A stretch of DNA of 48,290 bases, taken from positions 1 through 48,290 of the forward strand of contig JAUXNL010000009.1 in the NCBI GenBank assembly GCA_030684415.1. The letters are read 5' to 3'. The notes beneath the pieces are model-generated. The model searched no databases. It was not told the origin of the DNA and saw only the letters and a program-made list of their open reading frames with translations. Positions within the stretch are counted from its first letter, which is position 1. Each line of letters opens with the position of its first letter. Both the position numbers and the translations under genes were made by a program. Origin of the DNA: Moraxellaceae bacterium (lineage in GTDB: Bacteria > Pseudomonadota > Gammaproteobacteria > Pseudomonadales > Moraxellaceae). Of this stretch, positions 8,897 to 17,162 are shown in pieces.

Positions 8897-10042
8897 ATGC
8901 CTACGTTTTTCGAATTCTTTGCGGGCGGCGGGATGGCGCGGGCCGGCCTGGGCGAAGAGTGGACCTGTCTGTTCGCCAACGACTTCGACTCCCGCAAGGG
9001 TCAAACCTATGAGGCCAACTGGGGTAGCGGGGGCGAGCTCGCCATCGGCGATATCCGCCTGCTCAGCACCGGCCAAATGCCGGGCCACCCCGACTTGGTC
9101 TGGGGGTCCTTCCCCTGCCAGGACCTCTCACTGGCGGGTAACGGGGCCGGCCTGAAGGGCGAGCGGTCCGGCACCTTCTATCCCTTTTGGGGAATCGTCG
9201 AAGGCCTGATCCGCGAGGGCCGTGGTCCGCGCGTGGTCGCCGTCGAAAACGTGTGCGGCACCTTGACCTCGCACCAGGGCCGGGACTTTCAAGCCATCTG
9301 CCGGACCTTTGCTGAAGCCGGATACCGGTTCGGCGCGCTGGTGATCAACGCCGACCTCTTCGTTCCGCAGTCTAGGCCTCGCCTGTTCGTTATCGGCGTC
9401 CACGGCGACGTAGATATCCCGCCCGCACTCATGGCTGCTGGACCGACGGCACCTTTCCATACTTCGGCGCTTCGCAGGGCCGTGGAAGGCCTTCCAGGCG
9501 GCGTGCGCCGCGATCTGGTCTGGTGGTCGCTTCCAACCCCGGAGAAGCGCGCTGCGGCATTCGCCGACCTGATTGAAGACGATCCAGACAGCGTCTCCTG
9601 GCACACCCAGGCCGAGACCAAAAAGTTGCTCGACATGATGTCGCCGTTGAACCTAGCCAAGGTCGAGGAAGCGCGGCGGGAGGGGCGAAAGATCGTCGGC
9701 ACGGTCTACAAGCGGACACGGCCAGATGGAGCGAGGGGCAAGGCCCAGAGGGCCGAGGTGCGGTTCGATGATGTGGCGGGCTGTTTGCGCACGCCGGCCG
9801 GCGGATCAAGCCGTCAGGTGATCCTGGTGGTCGAGGGCAACCGCGTTCGCTCCCGGCTGATTTCCGCCCGAGAAACAGCGCGGCTGATGGGTCTGGCGGA
9901 CGACTACGTTCTGCCGGCCCGCTACAACGAGGCCTATCACCTTACTGGCGATGGGGTCGCCGTCCCGGTCGTCCGGCACCTCGCCCAGCACATCTTCGAG
10001 CCCCTCCTCGGCGCCGCTCAAGCCAAGCAGCAGGCTGCGTGA
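8897..10042 (+). CDS. dcm: DNA (cytosine-5)-methyltransferase
   Basis: Motif I FFEFFAGGGMA, motif IV GSFPCQDLSLAG, motif VI VAVENV, motif VIII QSRPRLFVIG, motif X-like GDGVAVPVV. ATG at 8897 immediately precedes motif I. The upstream in-frame extension to 8651 is Pro/Ala/Arg-rich and judged non-coding. Confidence 0.92.
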   Translation: MPTFFEFFAGGGMARAGLGEEWTCLFANDFDSRKGQTYEANWGSGGELAIGDIRLLSTGQMPGHPDLVWGSFPCQDLSLAGNGAGLKGERSGTFYPFWGIVEGLIREGRGPRVVAVENVCGTLTSHQGRDFQAICRTFAEAGYRFGALVINADLFVPQSRPRLFVIGVHGDVDIPPALMAAGPTAPFHTSALRRAVEGLPGGVRRDLVWWSLPTPEKRAAAFADLIEDDPDSVSWHTQAETKKLLDMMSPLNLAKVEEARREGRKIVGTVYKRTRPDGARGKAQRAEVRFDDVAGCLRTPAGGSSRQVILVVEGNRVRSRLISARETARLMGLADDYVLPARYNEAYHLTGDGVAVPVVRHLAQHIFEPLLGAAQAKQQAA

Positions 10043-10049
10043 GCCGACC

Positions 10050-10769
10050 GTGTCAGACCCAGCGAAACGACCAGACGACGTCAACGTCCCGCCCTTCGAG
10101 ACCGAAGACCTGCGCACCAATCTGGCGGCCTTCTTGGACAGCCTGGTTCAAGACCCGTCGGGCGAGACGGTGCGGGTCGGCAACTACCGCTGGGGCGTCT
10201 ACGCCTTCTTCGACTACGACGGCGAGCCGATTTATGTCGGCCAGACCAACGAGATGCTGCGAAGCCGCATCCGCCGACACCTGACCAATCAACGCACGGA
10301 CGCCGTGGCCATGTCGGTGCTGGACCCGTTCGAGGTCTACGAGATCGAGGTCTGGCCGCTGCCAGAGTTCCAGAACACCCCGGGCAAGGATGCGGACGCC
10401 AAGCACCATCTCGACGCTCTTGAGCGGCTGATCACGGACCAGTCGGTCGAGCGGTCGAAGTTCAAGGCGATCCTGAACGAGAAAGACCCTCCCCCCGGAA
10501 CGACCGCGGTGACGGCCCCCGCCTCGTGTCGGGGGCGGATTGTTTCGCCGCGCGTGTTCGAGCTGCGCTCTCACCCTGACTTCCGCATCGCCCGGCGCGC
10601 CTTGATCATCTCGCGGCTGGCCCAGGTCATTTCTGAGCGGAAGGTCCAGGGCGGCCTACGCCGGGTATTGCAGACCCAGGCGAAGCGGCTGCAGTGGCTC
10701 GCTGAGCGGCGATACGAGGCGCTAGGGGGCGCGGCTTCGGTCGCGGTTGAGCAGGACGGCGATGCTTAG
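10050..10769 (+). CDS. GIY-YIG domain nuclease, probable restriction endonuclease partner of the adjacent methyltransferase
   Basis: GTG at 10050 lies 8 nt after the dcm stop. Motif WGVYAFFDYDGEPIYVGQTNEMLRSRIRRHL is GIY-(~10)-YVG followed by a conserved Arg. Downstream acidic residues include FEVYEIEVW. Confidence 0.75.
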   Translation: MSDPAKRPDDVNVPPFETEDLRTNLAAFLDSLVQDPSGETVRVGNYRWGVYAFFDYDGEPIYVGQTNEMLRSRIRRHLTNQRTDAVAMSVLDPFEVYEIEVWPLPEFQNTPGKDADAKHHLDALERLITDQSVERSKFKAILNEKDPPPGTTAVTAPASCRGRIVSPRVFELRSHPDFRIARRALIISRLAQVISERKVQGGLRRVLQTQAKRLQWLAERRYEALGGAASVAVEQDGDA

Positions 10770-11197
10770 ACCGCCTGCGCCGGGCGAAGTCGGCGTGGCT
10801 TGCGCGTCAGGATCGGCGACCCGTTTCGGGCAAATAGGCCTTCGGCGACGCCCGGCACGATGACAAACTCTAAAACCTGGGCCCGCCCCCATAAACCAGC
10901 CAAACTGAGCCACTCAGAAGGCCGCCTAGGCCCGTCGCAGCGTTGGCCGGCACAGCAGCGCCCCGCACCGGCGCGCGGCCGCCCACGGAGAGATTCTACC
11001 TTCTAAGCATAACCTGGACAGCGCGCGTCTGATGGCTTCGCGCGATGTGGGCTCAAGTCGCTCAACGGCTGTTGTCGGACGCCCGTTTTGGATTCTAAGC
11101 GGCAATTCTGGATGTCTGTTTCCCGGAATGCACTCTAGGCGCGGATGATACCCGTCAACTTCGCTTCTGAGCCTGGGTCATCTTTGTGCCGCACAGC

Positions 11198-11440
11198 CTA
11201 CCGAGGTGCGCGCTTTGCAACACCCACCAAGAACAGCTCCAGCTCGACGTCCGTAGCGTTTCTCACGAACGACCGGCGATAGACGATGCGGCTCCCGCTC
11301 CTTGCCAGCGTCACGACGTTGAATCCTTCCTCAAACACGTAGCGGCAAAGCACCTCCCCAACCTCCGGGTCGGTCCGCATGATCGCGACCCTCGCGGCAA
11401 TGAGCCTAGCCTCAGCTGGGTCGTAAGTCGGCTTTGGCAA
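11198..11440 (-). CDS. Hypothetical 80-aa protein directly downstream of the EEP nuclease gene
   Basis: TTG start at 11440, one nt after the TAG stop of the EEP gene (11442-11444). No recognisable motif. Confidence 0.4.
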   Translation of the reverse strand: MPKPTYDPAEARLIAARVAIMRTDPEVGEVLCRYVFEEGFNVVTLARSGSRIVYRRSFVRNATDVELELFLVGVAKRAPR

Positions 11441-11441
11441 T

Positions 11442-12326
11442 CTACTTCTCCAGCACCGCCAACACTGGGCAATGGTCGCTCAGGCGCTCGCCCGGATAGC
11501 GAACCTCATCAAAGCCCCGAAGGTCCTCGGCCGCGCGCTTGTCGAGCACAACGTAGTCGATGAAGTCGCTGTAGCGCGGATCACAGGCCGCGCTGCGGTT
11601 GCCTGACGCTAGGGATAGGTCGGAGTTTGCGGGAGAACTGTCGTCGAGTTCGAGCCAAGCGACATCGTCGGTCTTCACGAAGCGCCGATTGAAATCACCC
11701 ACGACGGCAAAGCGAACGCGCTCTGCTGCCCGGGCGTCAATCCAACCCTCCAGAACCGGAACCTGGCTGAAGAAGACTGGACAAGCCTCGTTGCTGGAGC
11801 CGCTGGAGCAGCCCGACTTCAGATGCACTGACAGCAACCGGATGGTCTTGCCGCCCCTGGGTGAGAGCGTGATGTCGACGCCGCTCCGAAGATCGCCGTC
11901 ACCAACCTGCAAGGCGGTGAAGTCGGGGTGGCGTTTGAACGGCTGTCCCTTTCGGATCGCAAAGCCAGTGCGCTGGGGCCCGATGATCAGTCCTTCTTTG
12001 CCCCGGCAGGGACCGGATCGAACGCCCGTTCGCGCCTCAATCACGATGTCATAGCGGGCAGGGGGGAACACGCGCTGGGCCGCAGCGATACTCTCCACCT
12101 CTTGGAATGCGACGACGTCCGCATCGAGCGTCTCAGCGAACGCCTGCATCGCCTCGTAGTCGGCCTGCGACCTTGGCCGACAGCCCATGCCGTCACGCTC
12201 GGCCAGGTGCTCCATGTTCCAACTGACGATCCGAAGTTCGCCAGGTCGGGGGTGGGAAGCGGAGAGAGGCTGGGCCGCGCAGCCAGCCAGCGTCAGAGCG
12301 CAAACAAGAACAACGGCGCGAAGCAT
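11442..12326 (-). CDS. Endonuclease/exonuclease/phosphatase (EEP) family lipoprotein
   Basis: Signal peptide with lipobox MLRAVVLVCALTLAGC. EEP motifs IVSWNMEHL, AFQEV, VGDFNR and LSDHCPV. Confidence 0.85.
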   Translation of the reverse strand: MLRAVVLVCALTLAGCAAQPLSASHPRPGELRIVSWNMEHLAERDGMGCRPRSQADYEAMQAFAETLDADVVAFQEVESIAAAQRVFPPARYDIVIEARTGVRSGPCRGKEGLIIGPQRTGFAIRKGQPFKRHPDFTALQVGDGDLRSGVDITLSPRGGKTIRLLSVHLKSGCSSGSSNEACPVFFSQVPVLEGWIDARAAERVRFAVVGDFNRRFVKTDDVAWLELDDSSPANSDLSLASGNRSAACDPRYSDFIDYVVLDKRAAEDLRGFDEVRYPGERLSDHCPVLAVLEK

Positions 12327-12362
12327 CGGCGTGGCCCACCAGTCATTGAGGGAGGCGACCCT

Positions 12363-12503
12363 TCACTGGGCCATGACGACCACGATGCCGCTGAAGAGGG
12401 CGATCAGCAAGACGACCATGATGCAACGGCCAACGATCGCCTTGGGCGTCATCCTTGAGCGGTGAACGCGGTCCAGCTCTTCAGGGTCGATGCCAAGGGT
12501 CAT
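12363..12503 (-). CDS. Possible 46-aa single-pass membrane micro-protein (not in the ORF track)
   Basis: My own translation of the minus strand: MTLGIDPEELDRVHRSRMTPKAIVGRCIMVVLLIALFSGIVVVMAQ*. The ATG overlaps the stop of the upstream Excalibur gene (ATGA at 12500-12503). The C-terminus is hydrophobic. Confidence 0.35.
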   Translation of the reverse strand: MTLGIDPEELDRVHRSRMTPKAIVGRCIMVVLLIALFSGIVVVMAQ

Positions 12504-12814
12504 TCACAGGCCACGCCGTCGCTGTCGCGATCAAGCGCCGGCCGATAGCCTGGTCGGCCGCGGTAGAGGGGTGCAGCGCCAGCGGCGCGGGCAGAGGCGC
12601 AGTTGGGGAAGTAGACGCCGCCGCCGCTTGTAGCGCCTCGGGCCGGAGCCGATCGCTGAGCCGGCGAACCGCCCACCTTGGGGCGGTGGCAGTGATACTC
12701 ACCGGTCTTGCGGTTGGTGTGACAGCCGCTGGCGTCGGTGCCGCCGCCATGGGCAAGCACCGGTGTGGACAGGACCCATAGCACTACAATTGCCGCGCCG
12801 GTTCTGAGGAGCAT
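12500..12814 (-). CDS. Secreted YHYH-motif / Excalibur calcium-binding domain protein
   Basis: Signal peptide MLLRTGAAIVVLWVLSTPVLAHG. GCHTNRKTGEYHCH (YHYH-type motif). C-terminal DRDSDGVACE matches the Excalibur DxDxDGxxCE motif. Confidence 0.8.
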   Translation of the reverse strand: MLLRTGAAIVVLWVLSTPVLAHGGGTDASGCHTNRKTGEYHCHRPKVGGSPAQRSAPARGATSGGGVYFPNCASARAAGAAPLYRGRPGYRPALDRDSDGVACE

Positions 12815-12921
12815 CGCGGACCCTCGACGATACCAGAACGATAGCCCTCAGCATCCGCCACCTCAAGTGCAGTCGCCGGCACTTGCCCGCTCGTACATTC
12901 GCGACCTCGTTTTGGCCTGCC

Positions 12922-13617
12922 TTAGGCGCTGGCGAGGAACCGGCGAAGCCAGATCGCCACGCGCTCACGGTCATCGTCGCCAGCGAGCGAGGCGATCGCA
13001 GCGTCGGCAAGTTCAGCGTCAAGACGCGTACCCTTGCGGCTCTCGATGAGCGCGCCGGTATAGTCGGCCGTGAACTCCGGGTGGGCCTGTAGTGAGATGG
13101 CGCGACGCTCTGGGTATGCCATCATTGCAAAGGGCGTGAAGTCGCTTCTCGCGACCACTTCCGCGCCAGGCGGTAGGCTGACCACCTGGTCTTGATGGGA
13201 TGCCGAAAGGCGCACAGGCGCAGAGCTGTCCATCCAGGGAAAACTGCGAACCACCTCGTACGTATGGAGACCGATGCCCCAGCCCTTGGGAGACTTGATC
13301 ACCTGGCCTCCGAAGGCGTCCGCCATGACCTGGTGGCCAAAACAGATGCCAACCATCGGCGCCTGCCCGGAGACCTTGCGCAGAAACGCCTTCAGCTCTG
13401 CAATCCACGGGTCAGGATCGTAGACACCAGCCGCCGAGCCGGTGACTAGCCAGGCGTCACATTCTCCAGAAGTTCCGGGCAGGACGCCGCGTTGCACGTC
13501 GTAAACTCGCGCGCGGAAGGCTGGCCCAAGCACGCGCCGCATCATGTCGCTGTAGCTGGGATAGCGAGTAGCGAGATCGGCTGGCGGTCCGCCGGTTTCG
13601 AGGATTCCGAGGTTCAT
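12922..13617 (-). CDS. Class I glutamine amidotransferase-like protein (GMP-synthase-type GATase1 domain)
   Basis: Nucleophile elbow GICFGHQVMA and downstream LQAHPEF (His/Glu of the triad). Confidence 0.8.
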   Translation of the reverse strand: MNLGILETGGPPADLATRYPSYSDMMRRVLGPAFRARVYDVQRGVLPGTSGECDAWLVTGSAAGVYDPDPWIAELKAFLRKVSGQAPMVGICFGHQVMADAFGGQVIKSPKGWGIGLHTYEVVRSFPWMDSSAPVRLSASHQDQVVSLPPGAEVVARSDFTPFAMMAYPERRAISLQAHPEFTADYTGALIESRKGTRLDAELADAAIASLAGDDDRERVAIWLRRFLASA

Positions 13618-13872
13618 AGGGACGTTATGGCTGAGCCGAACAGGTGCAGGCTAGGCACTGGCGAGCGGCAAGTGTTGCTCGATGGGGTAAGTCGCATCCA
13701 GCCATGACTTTACGGCCGCTGTGGACGCGAGGTTGAGGCGCGTGATCATGAGGTCTGCAACATCGCTGCCGGCGCAGACAACGATCTCCTGCCGCGGCGC
13801 CAAAGCGGAGAGCGGTCACGGTCGCGCGAGTCGCCATGTTCCATCTTTGTTCTCACCCCGCCGACGACTACG

Positions 13873-14241
13873 GTGCCCCGCGATGAAGGAGGAGGGCCCA
13901 TGGAGAACCGAACGTCAGACACGCCGGTGCGGAGGGTCGCACTTGGCGACCTGAGTCCAGAGCACCGGCGCGTGATTGAACAAACTGCGCTTGAAGAGAT
14001 TGCGCAGTTCAGGGCCGACGGAGATCCGGCGGCCATTGAACGGCTTGCCGCAGCCGGGCGCCTACAGGATTGGCCAACCGACGAGGGGAGGATCCTGGCG
14101 AACCTTGTCTCTGACGCACAGGTCGCTATCGCCGAACGCCTTCGACAGGCCAGGGCGATCCTCTCCTTGTTCGGTGGGCTGGGCCGGGCCCACAAGCTCG
14201 CGGTGCGCGAGGTCGCCGGACGTCCGGATATGGCCGGCTGA
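13873..14241 (+). CDS. Hypothetical protein
   Basis: 122-aa ORF ending 3 nt before the next ORF. No motif recognised. Confidence 0.45.
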   Translation: MPRDEGGGPMENRTSDTPVRRVALGDLSPEHRRVIEQTALEEIAQFRADGDPAAIERLAAAGRLQDWPTDEGRILANLVSDAQVAIAERLRQARAILSLFGGLGRAHKLAVREVAGRPDMAG

Positions 14242-14244
14242 CCC

Positions 14245-14454
14245 ATGGCGGCTAGACATCAGTTCCTTGGCCCCTCGCTGGGTGAGCTTGGGCGGCTGGT
14301 CCTGCGCTGCACGAAGTGTGACTACGAGGTCAGCATGTCGGCTGCGGTGGCGATCAGGCGCTTCGGGCGGGGTGCGACGCCGCACGGTATCCGCCTGCGG
14401 TCGCGCTGCTCGGTCTGCGACAGGACCGACCATATCACCGTCACCATCCGGTAG
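14245..14454 (+). CDS. Small zinc-ribbon-like protein
   Basis: 69 aa with two CxxC pairs (CTKC and CSVC) about 30 residues apart. Tightly packed after the previous ORF. Confidence 0.45.
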   Translation: MAARHQFLGPSLGELGRLVLRCTKCDYEVSMSAAVAIRRFGRGATPHGIRLRSRCSVCDRTDHITVTIR

Positions 14455-14527
14455 CGGCCGGCGCTTGTCCGCGCGTGACCTGCATGATCTGCTTGCAGGC
14501 CGCTTCACCCGGTCAAGGACGCCTCCG

Positions 14528-15256
14528 ATGTGCAACCTCTACCGCATGCGGACCGGAGCCGCCGACATCCTCGCCGCCAGCCGCGCCATGTCGGCCGACG
14601 TCGGCAATCTGGAGCCCCGCGACATCTATCCCGACTACGCCGCGCCGATCGTCCGCAACAGCGCCGAAGGGCGCGAACTGGTGCTGGCGCGCTGGGGCCT
14701 ACCCTCCTCGAGCCAGGCGCTGTTCAGCGCCGCAAGCAAGCGGGCCGACGGGCTTCGCAAGAAGGGCAAGGTGATCGACGACGACGCATTCAAGGACCTG
14801 CTGAAGATGGAGCCGGACCGCGGGACGACCAATGTGCGCAACACCGCCTCCCGTCACTGGCTCCGCTGGCTGGAGCCGGCCAATCGCTGCCTGGTCCCGC
14901 TCACCGCGTTCAGCGAGCCCGACCAGGTCGGCGGCTCCCTCAAGCCGGTCTGATTCGCCCTGGCGCAGGATCAGCCGCTCGCCTTTTTCGCCGGCGTCGA
15001 GGTCCGGGACTGGACCTGCGTCCGCAAGATCAGGGACGGCCTGGAGACCTGCAACCTGTTCGGCTTCCTGACCACCGACGCCAACGCCGAGGTTGCGGAG
15101 TTTCACAGCAAGGCGATGCCGGTGATCTTGTCCACCGAGGAGGAGCGAGATGTCTGGATGCGCGCGCCCTGGAGCGAGGCGAAAGCGCTGCAGCGGCCCT
15201 TGCCGGATGGGGTGCTCACAGTCTTGACCCCCGCCGGGCATGGCTTGGGAGGGTGA
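14528..15256 (+). pseudogene. SOS-response-associated peptidase (SRAP/YedK family) interrupted by one in-frame TGA
   Basis: Starts MCNLYRM (catalytic Cys2). The first part stops at TGA 14951-14953. The same frame continues without a shift as [15 protein letters not shown]...[37 protein letters not shown] to the stop at 15254-15256. Combined length is 242 codons. The TGA sits where SRAP proteins have the Trp of the conserved P(V/I)WFAL segment. Confidence 0.8.
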
Positions 15257-15493
15257 CGGCAGCTCTGCGGCAGAAGCTATCGTTAGAAACGCAGCGGCGA
15301 GGCGAGTCCGGTCCCGACTCATCGCCGACGTTCGGAAGCTCCGATCTGCGGAAGCGAGCCGAGGAAACCCGAAGAGGCTGTCCAAGTGTTCCCCGTTTGC
15401 GAGATCGGAAAAGGCCAGATTCCCTTTTGGATGGAAAGCCGTGTATCTCGGATCGCGTAGCGGATGCGGCCGGGGCCTCAGGGAGCAGGATAG

Positions 15494-16978
15494 TTGAAGC
15501 GAAGCATGGCGGCGCTGGTGATCGGCAATGGCGCCTACCCGGACGGTGACGATCTCGCTAACCCACTGAACGATGCGACGGACCTTGGAGCGAAGCTGAA
15601 CGGCTACGGCTTCGAGGTCATTGTGGCCCTCGACTGCACGGCCAAGGAGATGGAGAAGCAGCTCAAGGCCTTTCGGAAGTTGCTCGAAGCCCATGAGGTG
15701 GGGCTCTTCTTTTTCGCTGGCCACGGCATGCAGATCGAGGGGAGCAACTACCTACTCGCGCTCGATACCGACATGGACAGCGAGACCGACGCCAAACACA
15801 GCTCGCTGTCCCTCGACAAGGTTGTCGACGTGATGGCGAAGTCTCAAGCCTCAACGAAGATCATCATCCTCGACGCCTGCCGGAACAACCCGTGGGAACG
15901 AGCTTGGCATCGTGGGCCGGGCACTCGAGGCTTGGCCTCAGTCTACGCGCCGAAGGGCACGATCATCGGGTTCGCGACGTCGCCTGGCGAGGTGGCGTCG
16001 GACGGTACGGGCCGAAACGGAACCTACACCGAAGCCCTCCTGCAGCACATAGAGACGCGCGATTGCTCAATCGAGACGATGTTCAAACGGGTGCGGAACA
16101 CCGTTGCGGCGGCCACCAAGGGCAAGCAAACCTCTTGGGAGCACACATCGCTGTCGGGCGAATTCTACTTCAACATGAGCCTCGGCAACCTCATCGAGGA
16201 GTACGATGGCACGGCCTTGGCCGATAGCCTGTTCGTCATCGACCCGGCGAAGAAGTCGCACCAAGTCATCCAGGGACTCAAGACATACGACTGGTACCGG
16301 CAAAATCCCGCTGTCGGGCTCCTGGACGCCGCTGCGGTCAACAAGATGGCGAAGGACAACCTGTTCGTGGTCGGGCGCAACCTCTACCAAGCCGCCTGTG
16401 GGGCCTCGAATTCCGCCGCCTACTTCGTGGAAAACTTCATGACGGCGACCCATGGGTTCAACGCTGAGAAGCGGAAAGCCATCCTCGACGGCATGCTCTT
16501 CGAGGTCTTCTTCAACTCGAAGGGCGAGCTGAGAACCTCGATCAAGGGCAGGTACTTCGACACCACGTTCGACCTGCAGCGATATAGCCAGCTTCAGGAC
16601 AGCTTCGACTTCATCGCCGAGTCCCTGACTGCAGCCGGGGGGGACTTCTACGCCGTGCCGGGCAAGGGCCACGAGGTCGCCGTGACGGTCTCAACCAAAA
16701 AGGGCAAGGAAGGCGTTGTCGTCGAGGCGATCTATCTCGGCGGCGCGGACGTCTTACGGTCGAAAGCGGACGCCTGGGACTTCGTGGACGGCGCCAAGCG
16801 CCACAGTGAGATCGATCCGGAAACCCTGAACGAACGGCTCATCAAGGAGCTCGTCGTCCCCGCCCGGTCCCTGAAGATCACCTATACGCCTGGAGCGGCA
16901 GCAAACGAGGAGACACTTCTCATTCCGCGCGGCTGGACGGTCCGGAAGGGACAGCTCGACGATCTGATTTCCATCTAG
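15494..16978 (+). CDS. Caspase-like (peptidase C14) protease with an uncharacterised ~260-aa C-terminal domain
   Basis: His/Cys dyad in canonical context: LFFFAGHGMQ (His77) and KIIILDACRNNP (Cys129). TTG at 15494 is 8 nt after GGAG; an alternative ATG lies at 15506. The C-terminal half has no motif I can name. Confidence 0.85.
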   Translation: MKRSMAALVIGNGAYPDGDDLANPLNDATDLGAKLNGYGFEVIVALDCTAKEMEKQLKAFRKLLEAHEVGLFFFAGHGMQIEGSNYLLALDTDMDSETDAKHSSLSLDKVVDVMAKSQASTKIIILDACRNNPWERAWHRGPGTRGLASVYAPKGTIIGFATSPGEVASDGTGRNGTYTEALLQHIETRDCSIETMFKRVRNTVAAATKGKQTSWEHTSLSGEFYFNMSLGNLIEEYDGTALADSLFVIDPAKKSHQVIQGLKTYDWYRQNPAVGLLDAAAVNKMAKDNLFVVGRNLYQAACGASNSAAYFVENFMTATHGFNAEKRKAILDGMLFEVFFNSKGELRTSIKGRYFDTTFDLQRYSQLQDSFDFIAESLTAAGGDFYAVPGKGHEVAVTVSTKKGKEGVVVEAIYLGGADVLRSKADAWDFVDGAKRHSEIDPETLNERLIKELVVPARSLKITYTPGAAANEETLLIPRGWTVRKGQLDDLISI

Positions 16979-17162
16979 GCCTACCCAGGGGAGAGGATAT
17001 GCCGACGTGATCACAGCCCGCAATGAGGTTGTGCCGCCTGATGTCCCCGCCTTGCGCGAGTCGTCCGGAGGCAGATCGTGGAGTGGCAATGGGGTGGCTA
17101 CCGAAGCAGTGGCGCTGGTGGGCCGAATGAGTATCCTGCCATGCGCATCATGGGGCTGAACG

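Noticed and set aside
14530-15724. 339-aa (+) and 341-aa (-) ORFs spanning the SRAP region and the caspase gene start
   Set aside because: Both are Arg/Pro/Gly-rich and out of frame with the clearly homologous SRAP and caspase reading frames.
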